DNA from: Octopus vulgaris | Lineage: Eukaryota | DNA: 64,000 nt | NCBI GenBank assembly: GCA_951406725.2 | Contig: OX597817.1 | Coordinates: forward strand, 83,824,001-83,888,000 | Direction of reading: 5' to 3' | In this document: positions 37,536-52,280 of the stretch, piece by piece | Layout: each line of letters opens with the position of its first letter | Numbering within the stretch: the first letter of the stretch is position 1 | Notes under the pieces: generated by a model | What the model was told of the DNA's origin: nothing | Databases searched by the model: none | The model's input: only the letters and a program-made list of their open reading frames with translations | Translations under genes and position numbers: made by a program

Positions 37536-38349
37536 TCTTATATATATACATGCACATACATACACATATTGATAGTCTTCAAGAAATATAGACTGTAATG
37601 TGAGTTGATACATGAGAAAACACATGAGAGAATGCCTCCTGGATATATATCGAACTTTGTGTGGGGGATCACAAAATAGCAGCAGTGATCATAGCGGATG
37701 TAGTCAGAAATTTTTTATTCATTGCATTTTAGTATTTATTTCCTCCCACATCATTTCTGTGTTCAAATCTCATCAGATTCATCCCTTTTGTTTCTTTTTT
37801 GCTTTTGAGGAGTTTTGTTGTTGTGTGTTTGTTTGTTTGTTTGTTTTTTCTCATATCTTACCAATAAAATATTCCAGTCTGTATATGAAAATAAACTTCA
37901 GCTCTCCAAAAGTAGCTGTTTGGTAAGACGTTTCTTTTCCAATCACATGGTCACTGATTCATCCCCATTGAAGGGTTCCTTTTACAATAGCCCCTGTCTA
38001 TTGTAGAAGACCAAAGCCTTGTGAGAGGATTGGGAGTTGAATAAAGGAAATATAGTAAGTCACCATCATCATTTTAACATCTATTTTTCTATACTTGTGT
38101 GGGTCAGATATAATGTTTGAGGTAGATTTTTTTTTAAACTGGATGCTCTTCCTGTCAACAACCCCCGCCTGTTTCAAGGAAAAGTAATATTTCCCAATGA
38201 CCAGACAGGCTTTCACAGTAGATTAGAAATGATGGACACAGCTTGCCTAACAGTGACACTCGTTTATAACTATCAAACATAGTGAAGACAAGTCGATACC
38301 ACATGCATATATGTGTGTGTGTGTATGTAAGTGTGTGTGTGTGTGTATG

Positions 38350-39730
38350 CAGTATCTCACAGAAATATGTACACCCCTAAAAAATTTCAATAAAACTGCC
38401 ACTACTCTGATAATATTGGAGGGAATCAAACAAAATTTATACTGAGTAAAATATATTATACATGCAAACATTATACAAATTTGGAACACAAAACAATAAA
38501 CATTTTCAAAGCTATGAACGATATATTACTTTTCAAATAATACAAAAATATGTACACCCTAAAGGATTATTTGCTATATCCAATACTTGGTCGTCATCTA
38601 TATTCAATATTTAGTCATCATCTTTTAAGTGTGTTGGAACATGGAATGTCTTCCTAGTTCCTTGATGCTTTTCAACATTGTTTTTGCAATATGTTACAAT
38701 AAATCCTTGAATCCATTGTTCTCTCAATATATGTGAGTCCTCTCACACCAGCTGCACTCATACATTCCCAAAGCATAACATTTCTGCCACTGTGTTTCAT
38801 GGTAGGCACAGCACATCTGTTACTATTATCTTCACCTGGTCGTCGCCATACTCGTTTAATACCATCTGACCCAAACAAGTTGATTTTAGTCTCATCAGAA
38901 AAAAGAATTTTATTCCAAAATTCCTTCCCCTTACTTACATAGTTTTCAGCAAAAGAAGGACGACTTGATTTATGCCTGGTTGTGAGGAGAGGCTTCCTGT
39001 GAGGAATACATCCATGAAGACTATACTGGTTCAAACTTGGGCAAACTGTTTGGGCAGATACACTCTTTCCACTCAGAGAAGACACCTCTTGGGCCAAAGA
39101 TGAAGCAGTATGATGCCTGTCATCCATCATGCAACATTGGACATAGCGAATATCACACGCAGTTAAGATAGGACAACATGGACAATGTTTATTGCTTAGC
39201 CGCCCAGTAGCTTTGTGCTTCTGAATTATTTGAGAACCAAGTTTACACTAATATGTGTTGGTTTGCTGATTAACTTGTATCCTAAGCCATTCTTGTACAA
39301 ATTAAAAATAATTTTCTGCAAATCTTCTGACAATTCTTTTCCTTTTGGTGCCATTTTAATCACAATCAAGAGGATTTTCACCATGGTACACAAATCAGAA
39401 TTCCTGCAATGACCAGTGCTAAAATGCTAAGAGAAATAATTTATTAGAATTGAAATTATCAACAATATCTGAATTTAGTAAAAAAAGTGGATAAAATATT
39501 GAATATAGTAAATTTCCTTTAGGGTATAGATATTCTTGTAACATTAGAAAGTTAATATTTCGTTCATATCTTTGAAAATGTTTATTGTTTTGTGTTCCAG
39601 ATTTGTTGAACATTTGCATGTAGAATATATTTTATTCAGTATAAATTTAATTTGATTTCCTTTGATATTATCATAGTAATGTCAATTTTACTGAAATTTT
39701 TTAGGGGTGTACCTACTTCTGTAAGATACC

Positions 39731-39731
<1 letters not shown>
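38350..39731 (-). mobile_element. Decayed Tc1-like transposon with ~215-bp IR-DR termini
   Basis: CAGTATCTCACAGAAAT.TGTACACCCC ends with inner direct repeats. Transposase relic MAPKGKELSEDL (from ~39354) and ORF 38672-39130 with RKPLL, WNKILFSDETK, VWRRPGE and TMKHSG. Confidence 0.9.
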
Positions 39732-39759
<28 letters not shown>

Positions 39760-39762
<3 letters not shown>

Positions 39763-42395
39763 TGTGTCTGGGGAGAGTCATTCTCTTTTAGTGCTTTATA
39801 ACTTAACACACTGGTTCAATTTCCATTCATTTATTTATTTTTTCTAAAATTTTCATTGCATCTTGCAACCTCTTCAATAGTCATTGATTTGTCTGTTATC
39901 ACAGCTGCATTCTTTCTGTTCCGTTGTTTGTGCATGTGTGTGCATTAGTGTGCATGTGAATACACATATTTTTCTATGTGTGTATGTATGTATTTATGTA
40001 TGTATGTATGTATGTATGTATGTACATATCCGTGTATGTATGTGTGTGCATACCCTTTTACCCTTTTACTTGTTTCAGTCATTTGACTGTGGCCATGCTG
40101 GAGCACCGCCTTTAGTCGAGCAAATCGACCCCAGGACTTATTCTTTGTAAGCCCAGTACTTGTTATATCGGTCTCTTTTGCCGAACTGCTAAGTGATGGC
40201 GACGTAAACACACCAGCATCGGTTGTCAAGCAATGCTAGGGGGACAAACACAGACACACAAACATGCACACACACATATATACGACGAGCTTCTTTCAGT
40301 TTCCGTCTACCAAATCCACTCACAAGGCTTTGGTCAGCCCAAGGCTATAGTAGAAGACCCTTGCCCAACATGCCACGCAGTGGGACTGAACCCGGAACCA
40401 TGTGGTTGGTAAGCAAGCTACTTGCCACACAGCCACTCCTGCGCCGTTTGTATGTATGTATTCTGCATATTCATGTGTTTGTGTGTGCATGTTTGAGTGT
40501 CTGCGTGTATGGATGTGTGTCTCCATGTGTCCTTGTGTGTGTGTGTATGGTCATGTGTTTCAGTTTTTATTTGTGTGTGTGTATGTGAGTGTGTTTTTCC
40601 ATTTACCTATACACCTACCTATTTAGTTACATATCTATTTACCTACGTATATATATACATGTCTACATAACGGCCTACTAACAACTCTACTTGTGTATAT
40701 ATAAACTGTGGGTATTAGGGTATAACTGCCTTCTACGTACATTTCCTATTTAGTACTGGGGAGGATTCATTTATGAGGACATACTCTTGTATTTGTCTGA
40801 ATGTTGGGTCCTTCAGGTGCTTGGATAAAATGTAGATGTCAAGATGACCCAGTGTGCCTCCATGTTGGTCTTTGACATGTTGGTAAAGTATGGAGGACTG
40901 TTTTTTTGTCATCATATTGTTTCAAATGTTCATTTAGTCTCTCCACAATGCTTCTAGATGTCTCGCCTATGTACATTATGTTCTTGTTTTTACAAGCACC
41001 TTCTATGTATCTTATGTCGTAGACGATGTTTCTAGTTCTACAGTTAATGCCAGGATTAATCTTACATACCATGCAATTATCATTGGTGCATATGGTATTC
41101 TCAAAGGGGTACATCCTACATAGTCGTGATCTGATGGAGCTCCCTGGCTTTTCAGTGATCTTAATGTTGAGTTTGGTCTCATTCAGAGATTTCTTAAATC
41201 TTCAGGCTAGTTCTCCATGGGCTGTGACCTCTACAAACATCGCTCCTTGATATTTGTTAGTCTTGTACCATGTGTTCACTCTATTTGCTTTGTTACAAAC
41301 TCTTTGTATCTTATTCCACTCTTTACTTCTATATCTAGGGCAGGTACCACTGGTTTCATTACATATAATGCTATTTAACTTCTTTCTAGCTCCCCTGTAT
41401 ACCCGAACTCTATCTTTCTGGTCATATACAGAGAATTGCATGTGATACATGAAGATCTGTACATGTTTCTTTGTTTCATAGGGTTCACATAGTAGGGACA
41501 CATTCATTATCCTAACTATGTCTGCTTTGAGTATGTTGATTTTCATGTTGTGTGACAAAGCTGAGTTCTTGTTTCATGTAATAGGAGTGGAGAAGCTGCA
41601 CTCTGTTGTTCACAGTCTCTCACCAAAGTTCAGTATCAAGGACATGGAGTCTATTGTTAGAGTGCCTGCTGGGGTAATCAATAGTTACCTTGATACTTTG
41701 ATGCATGGAGTTTGCTACATGCTGGATGCTCTCCATTATGCACACACACACATACACACATACATACACAAATGAAGACTGAAACACATGACCATATACA
41801 CACATGTACCCTTCACACACATGCACAATTCTCACACACACATGCACACTTCACGCACACACACAGACTAGAACACATGGAGATACACATCCATACATAA
41901 CAGACACACATACATAGTCACACAAACCTATGCACATTGACACACTCAAACATGCACACACAAGGAGACAGAGGTACACACACAAATACACACATATGAA
42001 TATGCAGAATACATACGTACAAACATACACATGCATACATATATATGCGTACACAGACACACAGACGTATATGCACACACACATACATACATATATACAC
42101 ACATGCAAGCATACATATGTGTATACACATGCACACTGACACACACACATGCGCACAAACAAAGAAACAAAAAGAATGCACCTCTGATAAGGGACAAAGT
42201 CAACAACTATTGAAGAGGTTGCAAGACAAATGAAAATTTTAGTAAAAATAAATAAGCAAATGAGTGTAAATCGAACTGGTGTGTGTGTTAAGTAATAAAG
42301 CACTGAAAGAGAATGACTCTCCACAAACACACTAAGATATGCTTCAACACACAAATTCACATAAAGAATCTTGCAAACCAAATGCAAAAACAAAA
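39760..42395 (-). mobile_element. Penelope-like retroelement fragment (RT C-terminal part + GIY-YIG, Naiad-like) flanked by inverted terminal repeats
   Basis: The minus strand at 41740-40733 encodes ANSMHQSIKVTIDYPS..VLDTELW, ...CMVCK...NCRTRNIVY...YIGETSRS..ERLNEH, with stops and frameshifts. 39760-40590 mirrors 41745-42395. Hammerhead-like motifs lie at 39844-39880 (-) and 42207-42242 (+). The clade call is an inference. Confidence 0.8.
40055..40445 (-). mobile_element. SINE family A inserted into the Penelope 3' repeat
   Basis: Full family A sequence, absent from the mirror arm. Confidence 0.85.
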
Positions 42396-42834
42396 AATAT
42401 ATACACACACACACATTCACACACACATATACACATACATATATATACATATATACACACATATATGTGTGTGTGTATATATACAAAGACACATGATAGG
42501 CTTCTTTTAGTTTCTAAATTCACTCACAAGGCTCCAAGTGGCTTGCATCTATAGGGGAAAATAATTGCCCAAGGTGTCACACAATGGTACTAAATCCAAA
42601 ACCATGTTCTTGGGAAGCAAACTACTGAACAACAAAACCACACCTATGCCTGTTTCTTTTCTGTGTGGAGGGTGGCACCCTGAAGTCTTTGTCCTCATGT
42701 AGTGCCCATAGGACAAATTACTTGGATAAAATGAGCCATCTTTTTTATGTTACACCTTACTGCAATCTAATATATAAAATCTTTAATTTACATATTGCCC
42801 CATCTTATAGTATTGAATCATTACTTCAAATACT

Positions 42835-43215
42835 TTTTTACTTGTTTCAGTCATTTGAGTGTGGCCATGCTGGAGCACTGCCTTTAGTCTAGTAAATCGA
42901 CCCCAGGAGTTATTCTTTGTAAGCCTAGTATTTATTCTATCGGTCTCTTTTGCTGAACCGCTAAGTTACAAGGATGTAAACACACTAGCATATGTTTCAA
43001 GCGATGTTGGGGTAACAAACACAGACACACAAACATATACACACACACATACATATATATACATATATACAACTGGCTTCTTTCAGTTTCCATCTACCAA
43101 ATCCACTCACAGGACTTTGGTCGGCCCGAGGCTGTGGTAGAAGACACTTGCCCAAGGTGCCACGCAGTGGGACTAAACCCAGAACCATGTCGTTCATGAG
43201 CATACTACTTACCAC
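42835..43215 (-). mobile_element. SINE family A
   Basis: Matches the family A consensus. Confidence 0.8.
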
Positions 43216-46200
43216 AGAGGACTAAGCCAATGAGAATTAAGAATTTCAGTTATGGTCACGAACAAAGCAGAGTTGCTGCTTATAGGATATGAAGTAGCAA
43301 CCATTCAACTGTCAACCAAGAAACTTGTAAACTTTACTTGTCATGTATTTTAAAATTAAAATATTGTAAGTTATTTGGTTATTATTTAAAACAGATCACC
43401 CCGATAGGCTAGATCCGTAATCAAAGGCACTCCAGTTCCAGTCATCCCATCTTTTATTCTTATAAAAAGCACCTACTACACCCTCGGAGTGGTTGGCATT
43501 AGGAAAGGCATCCAGCTGTAGAAACTCTGCGAGATCAAGACTGGAGCCTGGTGCAGCCATCTGGTTGCCAGCCCTCAGTCAAAACCGTCCAATCCATGCT
43601 AGCATGGAAAACGGACATTAAATGATGATGATGATATTGACCCATGTTTCCTTCTATTTTATTAAGATGGTAGGATGTGATTTGAATGAGATTTGGTTGC
43701 CATCTCTAGCAGTTTGAATGACTGCTTAGAGGCATCAGTTATAAACTAGTAAAATATTTTATCTAAATTTGCAGTTTTGAATTCTTTTGATGTACTTTTT
43801 CTGTTTTTCTTTTTATTTCAACATTCAATGTGCAAATGAATGTTGTTAAAAGCCAGATTGAGGCCTATTTTAACAAGATCAATAAAGTTGGTTTAGTCTG
43901 TTTTTGTTTTTTTTGTTTGTTTATTTTTTTTTGTTTTTTTGTTATTTCGTTATATCTATGTTGGCAAAGAAACATTCTTTATGGAAAAGAAGCAGTTTGA
44001 TGTTAATGATGCTAGTCAGATAGTAATGATGTCACATCCTAAAAATCTTTTTCCAAAAAAAAATATTCCTGCTTCTTTTCTTTACAATGACACTGAAAAT
44101 ATTGCTGATTAAGTTTGTTAGCAAAATGTATTTTCAGCGGACACAACAGCCAACAGTCTTATTAAATTGTCTCGACACCTAACAGAGACAGTTGATTCTT
44201 CTGTTGTTTCTCTTTTATCTGAAACTTTTATTAAATCAGTTGTTTCTTATATCAATTCTGTTGGGATAAGAATAACATCTGAAGAAAATATTACTGATCA
44301 TTGCATATATATATGTGTGTGTGTGTGTGTGTCTATATGTATTGTCTGAGACAAACAAACAAATCAACTGGATTTTTCAGATACTGCAGGATATGTCAGT
44401 AGTATATTTCTATTATTTTTGCTGTCATTTCAAAATGCCTAATCTAGAGACTGGCATATAGTGGACCTAATCTCAAGGCAAGCATCAGTTGAGTTTAATC
44501 TAGAGTTAACATCTCCTGAGTGTATACTAATCTAAAGGTTAGCATACTCTGAGCCACCATTGCTCCTGAGATAAACATGGAAAGTATGAACCAGAACAAC
44601 ACCTCCCCCATAAACATCAACATTGATAGCACCTGCAGCAGTGTTAAATGTAACTGTGTATTTGTTACATGCAGCAAAGTCATAAAAACTTTTTGTTCAG
44701 ATAACTAAAATTGGCCATATTTACTCTGCCAGAAGGTTGTATAGGACCATAAAGAGCAGAAATAACTTGAGGGCTTTCAACTCTGTCATGAAAGAAAAGT
44801 GTGTATGACCTTCCCTGCAGTTAGCATTAATGATACTGCAACAGTAGCATTATCATAATAACTATTTGTGGCAAGAAAAACAACCATAACTCTGCCAATT
44901 ACTGCAGCAGCAGCAGATTTCCCTTTAGCTTTGTACATGTGCTCTCCTCTTAAAAAGAACAGGCACACATACAGAGATACATACATATGTGGACTTGTGT
45001 CTAGCCAAATCAGTGGGCTTGAAGAAGAGAACAATGAAGATCAGTTGTCTCAAACCTCAAGACATGAATTGATGGTATGCTAGAGGTGAGATACCAAAGA
45101 TCAGTTAACCAACTTCTTTCAACAGCAAGTCCAATGGCAATGACAAATACAGAAGCAACTACAACTACAACAGCATTTGAAATAACAAAAACTTCCTCAG
45201 TTCACTATTGTTCAGGATTACAACACTTTGATGCACTTCATTAAATGTAACAGCAAAATATACCAAAGTGAAAACCACACCAGATTTTAAATGAGAATTG
45301 TAAAAGTTGTATAAATGTATATGGTGTAGACACACATCTATTGAATGGTCCTATGCAAAAATAATAGACACACATCTATTGAATGATTTCAGGTTATTCA
45401 CTTTAAATCTAATTGTCAGTGAAATCAGGATGTCAGGGGCCTATAAACTTATTCTTTTCCTGAATTATATGGGATCATATTGAAGTGGGTGGTCTGGAGC
45501 TATAGATAAGGATGATCTTTGTATACTCAGCTAGTAAGTCAGTATCCTTGCATGAGAACAACAATAAAGGCAATGCCTTCTAACCAATGACTATTTATAC
45601 TCCAGATAATCACACATCATTCAAGCTTCCGAAAACATTTCTAGAAATACTCATTGATTGGTGCTATTAAGCAAATAGAATGACATGGTTGAGGCATGCT
45701 GAGATTGGTCAGAGATTGGGATGCTTCAGAAACATGCTCATTATCTTTCAATTGACTAACCCCTACCAACCTTGTGCGTCAATGGACTTGGACAAAGCAC
45801 TTGGAGATAAAATTTTAATTAGATCAGCAGAACAGAGTAACATAGTGTGTTTGCTCTTTTGAAAGTTGGCTATAAACATCACAGGTTTGTGATCTACACT
45901 GGAAATTTAGTTAAGACATACTGACTAGGACCCATATAGGGCCCAAAGGAAATTGCATATTGTCTCCTTTTGTCATTTGCTTTCTTTTCTCATTCTTTCT
46001 CATAGAGCAGCCATATTGTATCTTGAGTCTGAAAGATTGCCCTATAGTACATGGCATGCTATACAAGCTCACCTACTTATAGTACTTTTGTAAGCATGAA
46101 GGTTAAAGTAACTCAATTTTAAATCCTGCTTATATTACATGATGTCCCTTGTCGGATGGAGTAATTTTTTGTTTCCCTTACCAATTAATGGAACAATACA

Positions 46201-46283
46201 GTATGTATGTATATAGAGAGAAGGACAGAGAGAGAGAGATAGCAATATATAACATATATACATTTGTAAATTTTATATATATA

Positions 46284-46690
46284 TCATCATCATCATTTAA
46301 CATCCGTTTTCCATGTTGGCATGGATTGGATGGTTTGGCTGAAAACTGGTAAGCTGGAGAGCTACACTAAGTTCCAGTCTGATTTGGCATGGCTTCTACA
46401 GCTGGATGCCCATCTTAATGCCCACCGCTCCAAGAGTGTGGTGGGTGCTTTTTACATTCTACCAGCATGGGTGCTAATTAAGTAACAGCAGCATAAGTCA
46501 CAACTATGATCTCACTTGGCTTGACAGGTCTTCTCAAACATGATACATCACCAAAGGTCTTGGTCATTTGTCACAGCTTCCATGAGGCCCACTGTTTGAA
46601 TAGTGCTTTTTGCATGCCACCAGCACAGGTGCCAGTTATGTGACACTGGCATCTGCAATGGCTATGACTTCACTTGGCTTGATGGGTCAT
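46284..46690 (-). mobile_element. Diverged RTE 3' end
   Basis: (CAT)n followed by the shared 3' UTR motifs. Confidence 0.65.
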
Positions 46691-48398
46691 GATATACACC
46701 TGGTAGTTTGTTGGTAAAGCATATTCCCTGGCTTAGTGTTTGTTCAGTATGTAATTAATGAGAGAGATTAAAATCACCTGAAGCGACACATCTACACTGA
46801 GGGACACACCTAAAGCAGTTGTATAGTATCCCACCCATGAAGGATCAATGATGGGTCAAAACGATTGTAGTGATCAATAAAGATTCTTTTATCTTCCATC
46901 TTCATCTCTCATTAATTATATGTATATATGTATGTATATATACATGTATATGTATTTATGTATATATAGCATACATATATATGCTTGTGTTTGTGTGTTT
47001 TTTTCTCTGTGTGCCCTTGTCTTAACAGTATGCGATGAGTGTAAATGACTTTCACATAGAAACAATGTTGTTAGTTTCTTGTCTTCCATGAAAAACGTTT
47101 CTGCTATTGGGAAATATTATCTTGTTTGGAAATAAGGGAGGGCTGATGGCAGGAAAGACATCAAACTGTGGAAAATGTTTCAGTAAATTTCTTTTGACCC
47201 ATGCCAGCATCAAAAAATGGACATTAAATGTATGGGTAGATGTGCAAAGCAGTGATGGAACTTTAGATAAGTTCAGGTATTTGGGGAATGTATTTAGATC
47301 TTTAAAGGCTTTTCACTGTAGTTTTGCAGAGAGAATTGCACTTAAGACAAAAAGGTGTTAGAACACTATAACCAGCTTAGCATTCTCTATGGACTCATAA
47401 GAGGTATTTCTTGCACTTTAGCTCCCTTCAGTACCAGATACAAAGTGTGGCAACTCTTGGCTAACTTCAAAACTTTACTTCCTTTATGAAAAATCAGTAA
47501 ATTTTATTTACTTATTACACACATTGACCCTGAGGTAAGTCTGGGATTCAAACCCCTTTTTATTTATAGCAAGAATTTTTTTTCTCCATGGAAAACTGCA
47601 GTGAAAAGCCTTTACAGGCTCAAACACGTCCTGAACATATGTAAACTGATCTTATGTTTGATTATATATATATCATCATCATTATCATCGACATTTAGCA
47701 TCCATTGTCCATGCTGGCATGGGTTGGGTGGTTTGATTGGGCTGGCACACTGAAAGACTGCACCAGGCTCCAGTCATATATAAATATATATATATTTATT
47801 TATATATGTGTGTACACACACACACATATATTAGCATTGGTGTGTTAACCAATTCAGATTACATATGTATGTATGACAAAAGAGTTAAACAGTGAAATGT
47901 GGTAAAAATGGCTTCTTTGAAGATAACGATTTATCCTTATCATACAGTCAGTTATTTAAAGAATATAATTTATGGAATATTACTTGGATATTTGCCAGAG
48001 AATTGTATAAATTCTGTTGTGTTTTTTCTTCTTTTTTTTTTTGGTATCACGACTTCAAATAGTAAATTGTGGATTCTTCTGTTAACGTTGCCCATGTCTC
48101 ATTTTGAATGCTAAACAAAAGGAAATAGAATATTTTGAATAAAAGAAGCAAATGAGTACTCTGTAAAAACATATAAGAAACAAATGAATATTCTGTCATA
48201 ATATTCAGGATAGCAGAATTATGGAAATTAATATCAACGGAGTTTCTGCAATTTATTTTCATTTTTGTTTTCATTGTTGCTTTGTTTGTTATCCAGACAA
48301 TATTAGTGGTTCTATCAAACAAAGCATTTTACAGTGTCTGTTCTACTTTTATATGTTCTGTGTTCAAATCTCAACAAAGGTAAATATTACGGTGTCAA

Positions 48399-48789
48399 TC
48401 TATATATATAAAGCTGAAGTTGCCTGTGTATGGCAAGTTTGGTAGCCTTCAACTAATACCATCTCCTCCGAGACCCTGTGGCACAAGTTGACCAAAATTG
48501 ACAGTATGATAGAAGAAGGCTTGCTCTTCCTTCCGTAGATGAAAAAATTCAAATCGAACCATGTTAACACCAAAACTTATTTACATCAAAAAGGTGCTTT
48601 TTTTCTATGAAAATATTGTATTTTTTACGATTTTTTGACTGCTGTTTCGCCATTTTTCAGTGTATTTCAACCAGAAAAATATTCACTTAAAGAGAATAAC
48701 AAGCTACATAATGCAAAATTTCTACTTTTCAAAAATTCCAATTCTAAAGGGTCAAAACAAACCCGAGCAATGCCGGGCGATACTGCTAG
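48399..48789 (+). mobile_element. Non-autonomous Helitron-like element
   Basis: A|TCTATATATATAAAGCTGAAGTTG ... CCCGAGCAATGCCGGGCGATACTGCTAG|T. Confidence 0.75.
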
Positions 48790-49451
48790 TAATAATATTA
48801 CCAGGCATACACTTGGAATCGATTCCATTGACTCACTCTTCCACCAATACTTTCTAATATAAGCCTTGTGCACATGTTTGAAATAATTATTTGGATAACT
48901 TGGCCTTTCATCCTTTCAAGTTCAATAAAATAGCATATCAGTCAAGTGCTGGAGGGTCAATGTACTACACTTGCTGCCATCCTTCAAAATTGCTGGCCTT
49001 CTGGCTCAATCAGAATTTATTATCATCATCATATGTATATTCATGTGCTGTAGATCCACATGCATGTATCTACATGTATATGTGACTGCATATTATATAT
49101 GTATATTCATGTTTGTGCCTTGTGTGTGTGTGTGTGTGTATTATTAGTGTGCTTGGCTCCTCATTGCAGAAAACTACTCAATAGCTTAATAATAACAAAA
49201 ATTTCCCCCATTAATTGTGATATTTATAACTTTTCAATGCTACTTAAATGGTATAATATGCAACTATTATGTGTTTTTAGCGTTTTCGTATTTTTTTGTT
49301 TTTATGCCAATCTGTCATTTGTTGAGGAATCATGTTTAAAAGTATTTTTGGTTGAGATATGTCAAGTTTATTGAAGCAATATGACTTCGAGAAAATACCC
49401 ATTCTATTATCTAGTAGCTGTAGTAGATATTGAACATTATTACTGGAATCT

Positions 49452-49875
49452 AAGGCAGCGAGCTGGTAGAATCATTAGCACGCCAGGCAAAATGCTTAGC
49501 AGTATTTTGTCTGTCTTTACATTCTGAGTTCAAACTCCACCGAGATCGACTTCGCTTTTCATCCTTTCAGAGTCGATAACTTAAGTGCCAGTTGCATACT
49601 GGGGTCAATCTAATCGACTGGCCCTCTCCCCAAAAATTTCGGGCCTTGTGCCTAGAGTAGAAAAGAATTCTTAAGGCAGTGAGCTGGCAGAAATGTTAGC
49701 ACGCTGGGTGAAATGCTTAGCGGTATTTCGTCTGTCTTTATGTTCTGAGTTCAAATTCCACTAAGGTCAACTTTGCTTTACATCCTTTCGGGGTCAATAA
49801 ATTAAGTACCAGTTGCATACTAATCGACTGGCAACCTCCCCAAAAATTTCAGGCCTTGTACCTAGAGTAGAAAAG
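49452..49875 (+). mobile_element. Head-to-tail SINE family B dimer
   Basis: Two full copies, starting at 49452 and 49673, are enclosed by one ATTATTA(C/T)TGGAATC direct repeat. Confidence 0.8.
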
Positions 49876-51249
49876 ATTATTATTGGAATCCTTTTTTTTT
49901 TTTTTCGTTTTTTTCAATTCTTGTTTTAGTCATCGAATTACAGCCATACTGGAGTACTGCCGTGAAAGGTTTAGTCAAACAAATCACTCACTCCCCATCC
50001 TTGTTTTTTTTTTTTAAGTCTCTTTTTGCTGAACTGGTAAGTTATGGGGATGTAAAGAAACCAACACCAGTTTCAAGCAGGGGCAAATGCAAAAACACAC
50101 ACACACACATGTATGATGGGCTCCTCTCAGTTTCTGCTTACCAAATCTCCTCACAAGGTTTTGGTGAGCCTGAGACTATGGTAGAAGCTACCTACTCAAG
50201 TTACCATGCAGTGGAATTCAACACCAAACCCATGTGGTTAGGAAGCGAACTTCTTGCCTACAAATACAATAACCATAAAATTTAACTTCCCAGTGAAGGG
50301 GTCAAGAATTAAACCTAACAGATGTTGTTCAGAAATATGAAAACTGAGACAGTATTAAACCTTTAGCATTCAAATTTGTTTGTCAAATGTATTGCCTATT
50401 TATTCAAATTGTTTTAAGTTAATCACACATTATTTTGTAGCTTCAAGATTTCAATGATGTATTTGTATATACTTAGAATGACATTGTAGGGCAGGTACAA
50501 GAGGTTGGATTAGGTCAATTTTAACATAAAATATCAGAATATTTTGGCTAGATATGGCCAGATTAAACGTTAAAGGGTTAAACCTGTGTATGAATAGTGT
50601 AAAATGGATGGAGGAGAATCTGGAGTTTGTTATTTATACCTGATTGGAATATTATTTAATTGGTTTTACATTTTACCTCAGGTATTTTCCTCTTTTCTTT
50701 TTTTATTATTATTAGTAATTTTAAAGAGGCACAAGTACAGTTATGTGTTTGACCAGTTTACTCCCCAACTACATGGTTTCAAGTTCAGTCTATCTACCTG
50801 CATGACATCTTGAGCAAATGCCTTCTGCTATAGCTTCAGACTGACTGAAACAGTGTTGCTGGATTTGGTACAAGGAGATTGAAAGAATCACCTTCATATG
50901 TGTGTGTGTTTATATACATGTGTACAGGTGTGTGGGTGTGGTGGGTCTCTCTCTCTCTCTCTCTCTCTCTGTTTTGAAACTATATGATGATTGTAAACGA
51001 GTGTCACTGTCATTCAATCAGTATTATTCATTTCCAATCTTTTGTGAAAACATGTCAAACCAGGGAAATAGATGAAGGTTTGCAACAGAAAGCATCCTGC
51101 CATAGAAAATCTGCCTCAACAAATTCCATCCAACCCATGCTAGCATGGAAAAGTGGGCATGAAAATTATGAAGATGAAATGAATAAAGGAGCAGAGGGAA
51201 GAATATAGATATTTTAGTTTTGTATTTGCTTGCAATTTTTCCTTGTGTT

Positions 51250-52280
51250 TTTGCTACACCATCCTGCTGAACACAGGACATAAGCTGTACCTCTATGCAG
51301 AAGATGCTGCACTGTTTGTGACAATGAATTCAGTAGAAGAAAGCAATGTTTCAGCAGCTAATTTAGGGATAACACCAGGATGAAAGCCTAGACAGATGTT
51401 AAGAAATTTGAATTGAGCCATTAAAATATAAATCAATAGTTCTGTTAAAGAAAAGAAACTCATCAAACCTTGCGCTATATTTTGGGAATTGCCAGCTACC
51501 TATCAATAAACAACTTGAGCTCCTAAGCATCACCATTGTTAGCAGACTGGTATTGGCAACTTTACAGGGGCTCGTAGCACCATGAAAAATGGCAAGCAAG
51601 CTGTACTGGGAGGGAAGAGCCATCATTTACAAAACCCACATCCAAAATATTCTGAAGTACTCCTGTCTCCTGAACAAATTACCTCACAAAGCATGATCAA
51701 CCAACTCATTGTAGTCTACATACTTGCTCTTATGGGGATTGCCATTAATGGAAATAATGCTGTGAAAAATACCATCATTGGTTTACAACACATTGAACAG
51801 TTGATTGTCTAATAGTTCTCTACAAACTTCCCTTAAGCCACAGCCTGTTAGTAATACTATCACCATAGTATAGAAAATACCTTTTATAAAGACTAATATC
51901 TATATATTGATTTCAAATTTTGACCCAGGGCTAGCAATTTTAGGAGAGGGGTTATGTCAATTACATTGGCCCCAGTGCTCAACTGGTACTTATTTTGTCA
52001 ACCCTGGTAGAGTGAAGGGCAAAGTCAGCCTTGGCTGAACTCAGAATGTAAAGATAGATGAAATGCTGCTAAGCATTTTGCCCCACGTGTTAATGATTTT
52101 GTCAGTTCACCTCCTACCAATACTTGTGTGTTGCTTTCCAATACCTGAATCCAAGACTTACACTCTAGCAAGTAGCTTTTTGCACTTTTCTGTCAGAAAC
52201 TGGAACAAACTACCTGAGACATCTCAGTCATTGAAAATGTGTTACCAAAAGTTGAATACACAAACACTACTTATCACATT
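51250..52280 (+). pseudogene. Ancient CR1/L2-group LINE remnants
   Basis: LYAEDAAL (YADD-like) near 51291 and C-terminal SSFLHFSVRNWNKLPE near 52170. A SINE B at about 51910-52110 interrupts it. Confidence 0.5.

Noticed and set aside
41202-41622. In-frame TGA codons as selenocysteine, as known for some Naiad elements
   Set aside because: The TGAs (41202-41204, 41620-41622) are not at evident Cys positions, the copy also has frameshifts, and I see no SECIS. The family consensus would settle it.
44440-45200. Coding-like composition
   Set aside because: There are multiple stops and no motif I can recognise. Possibly an ancient element, but unsupported.
46795-46872. Hammerhead-like traces here and at about 9520-9560
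   Set aside because: Core positions are mutated (AAAA instead of GAAA). They are counted only as relics, not listed as features.
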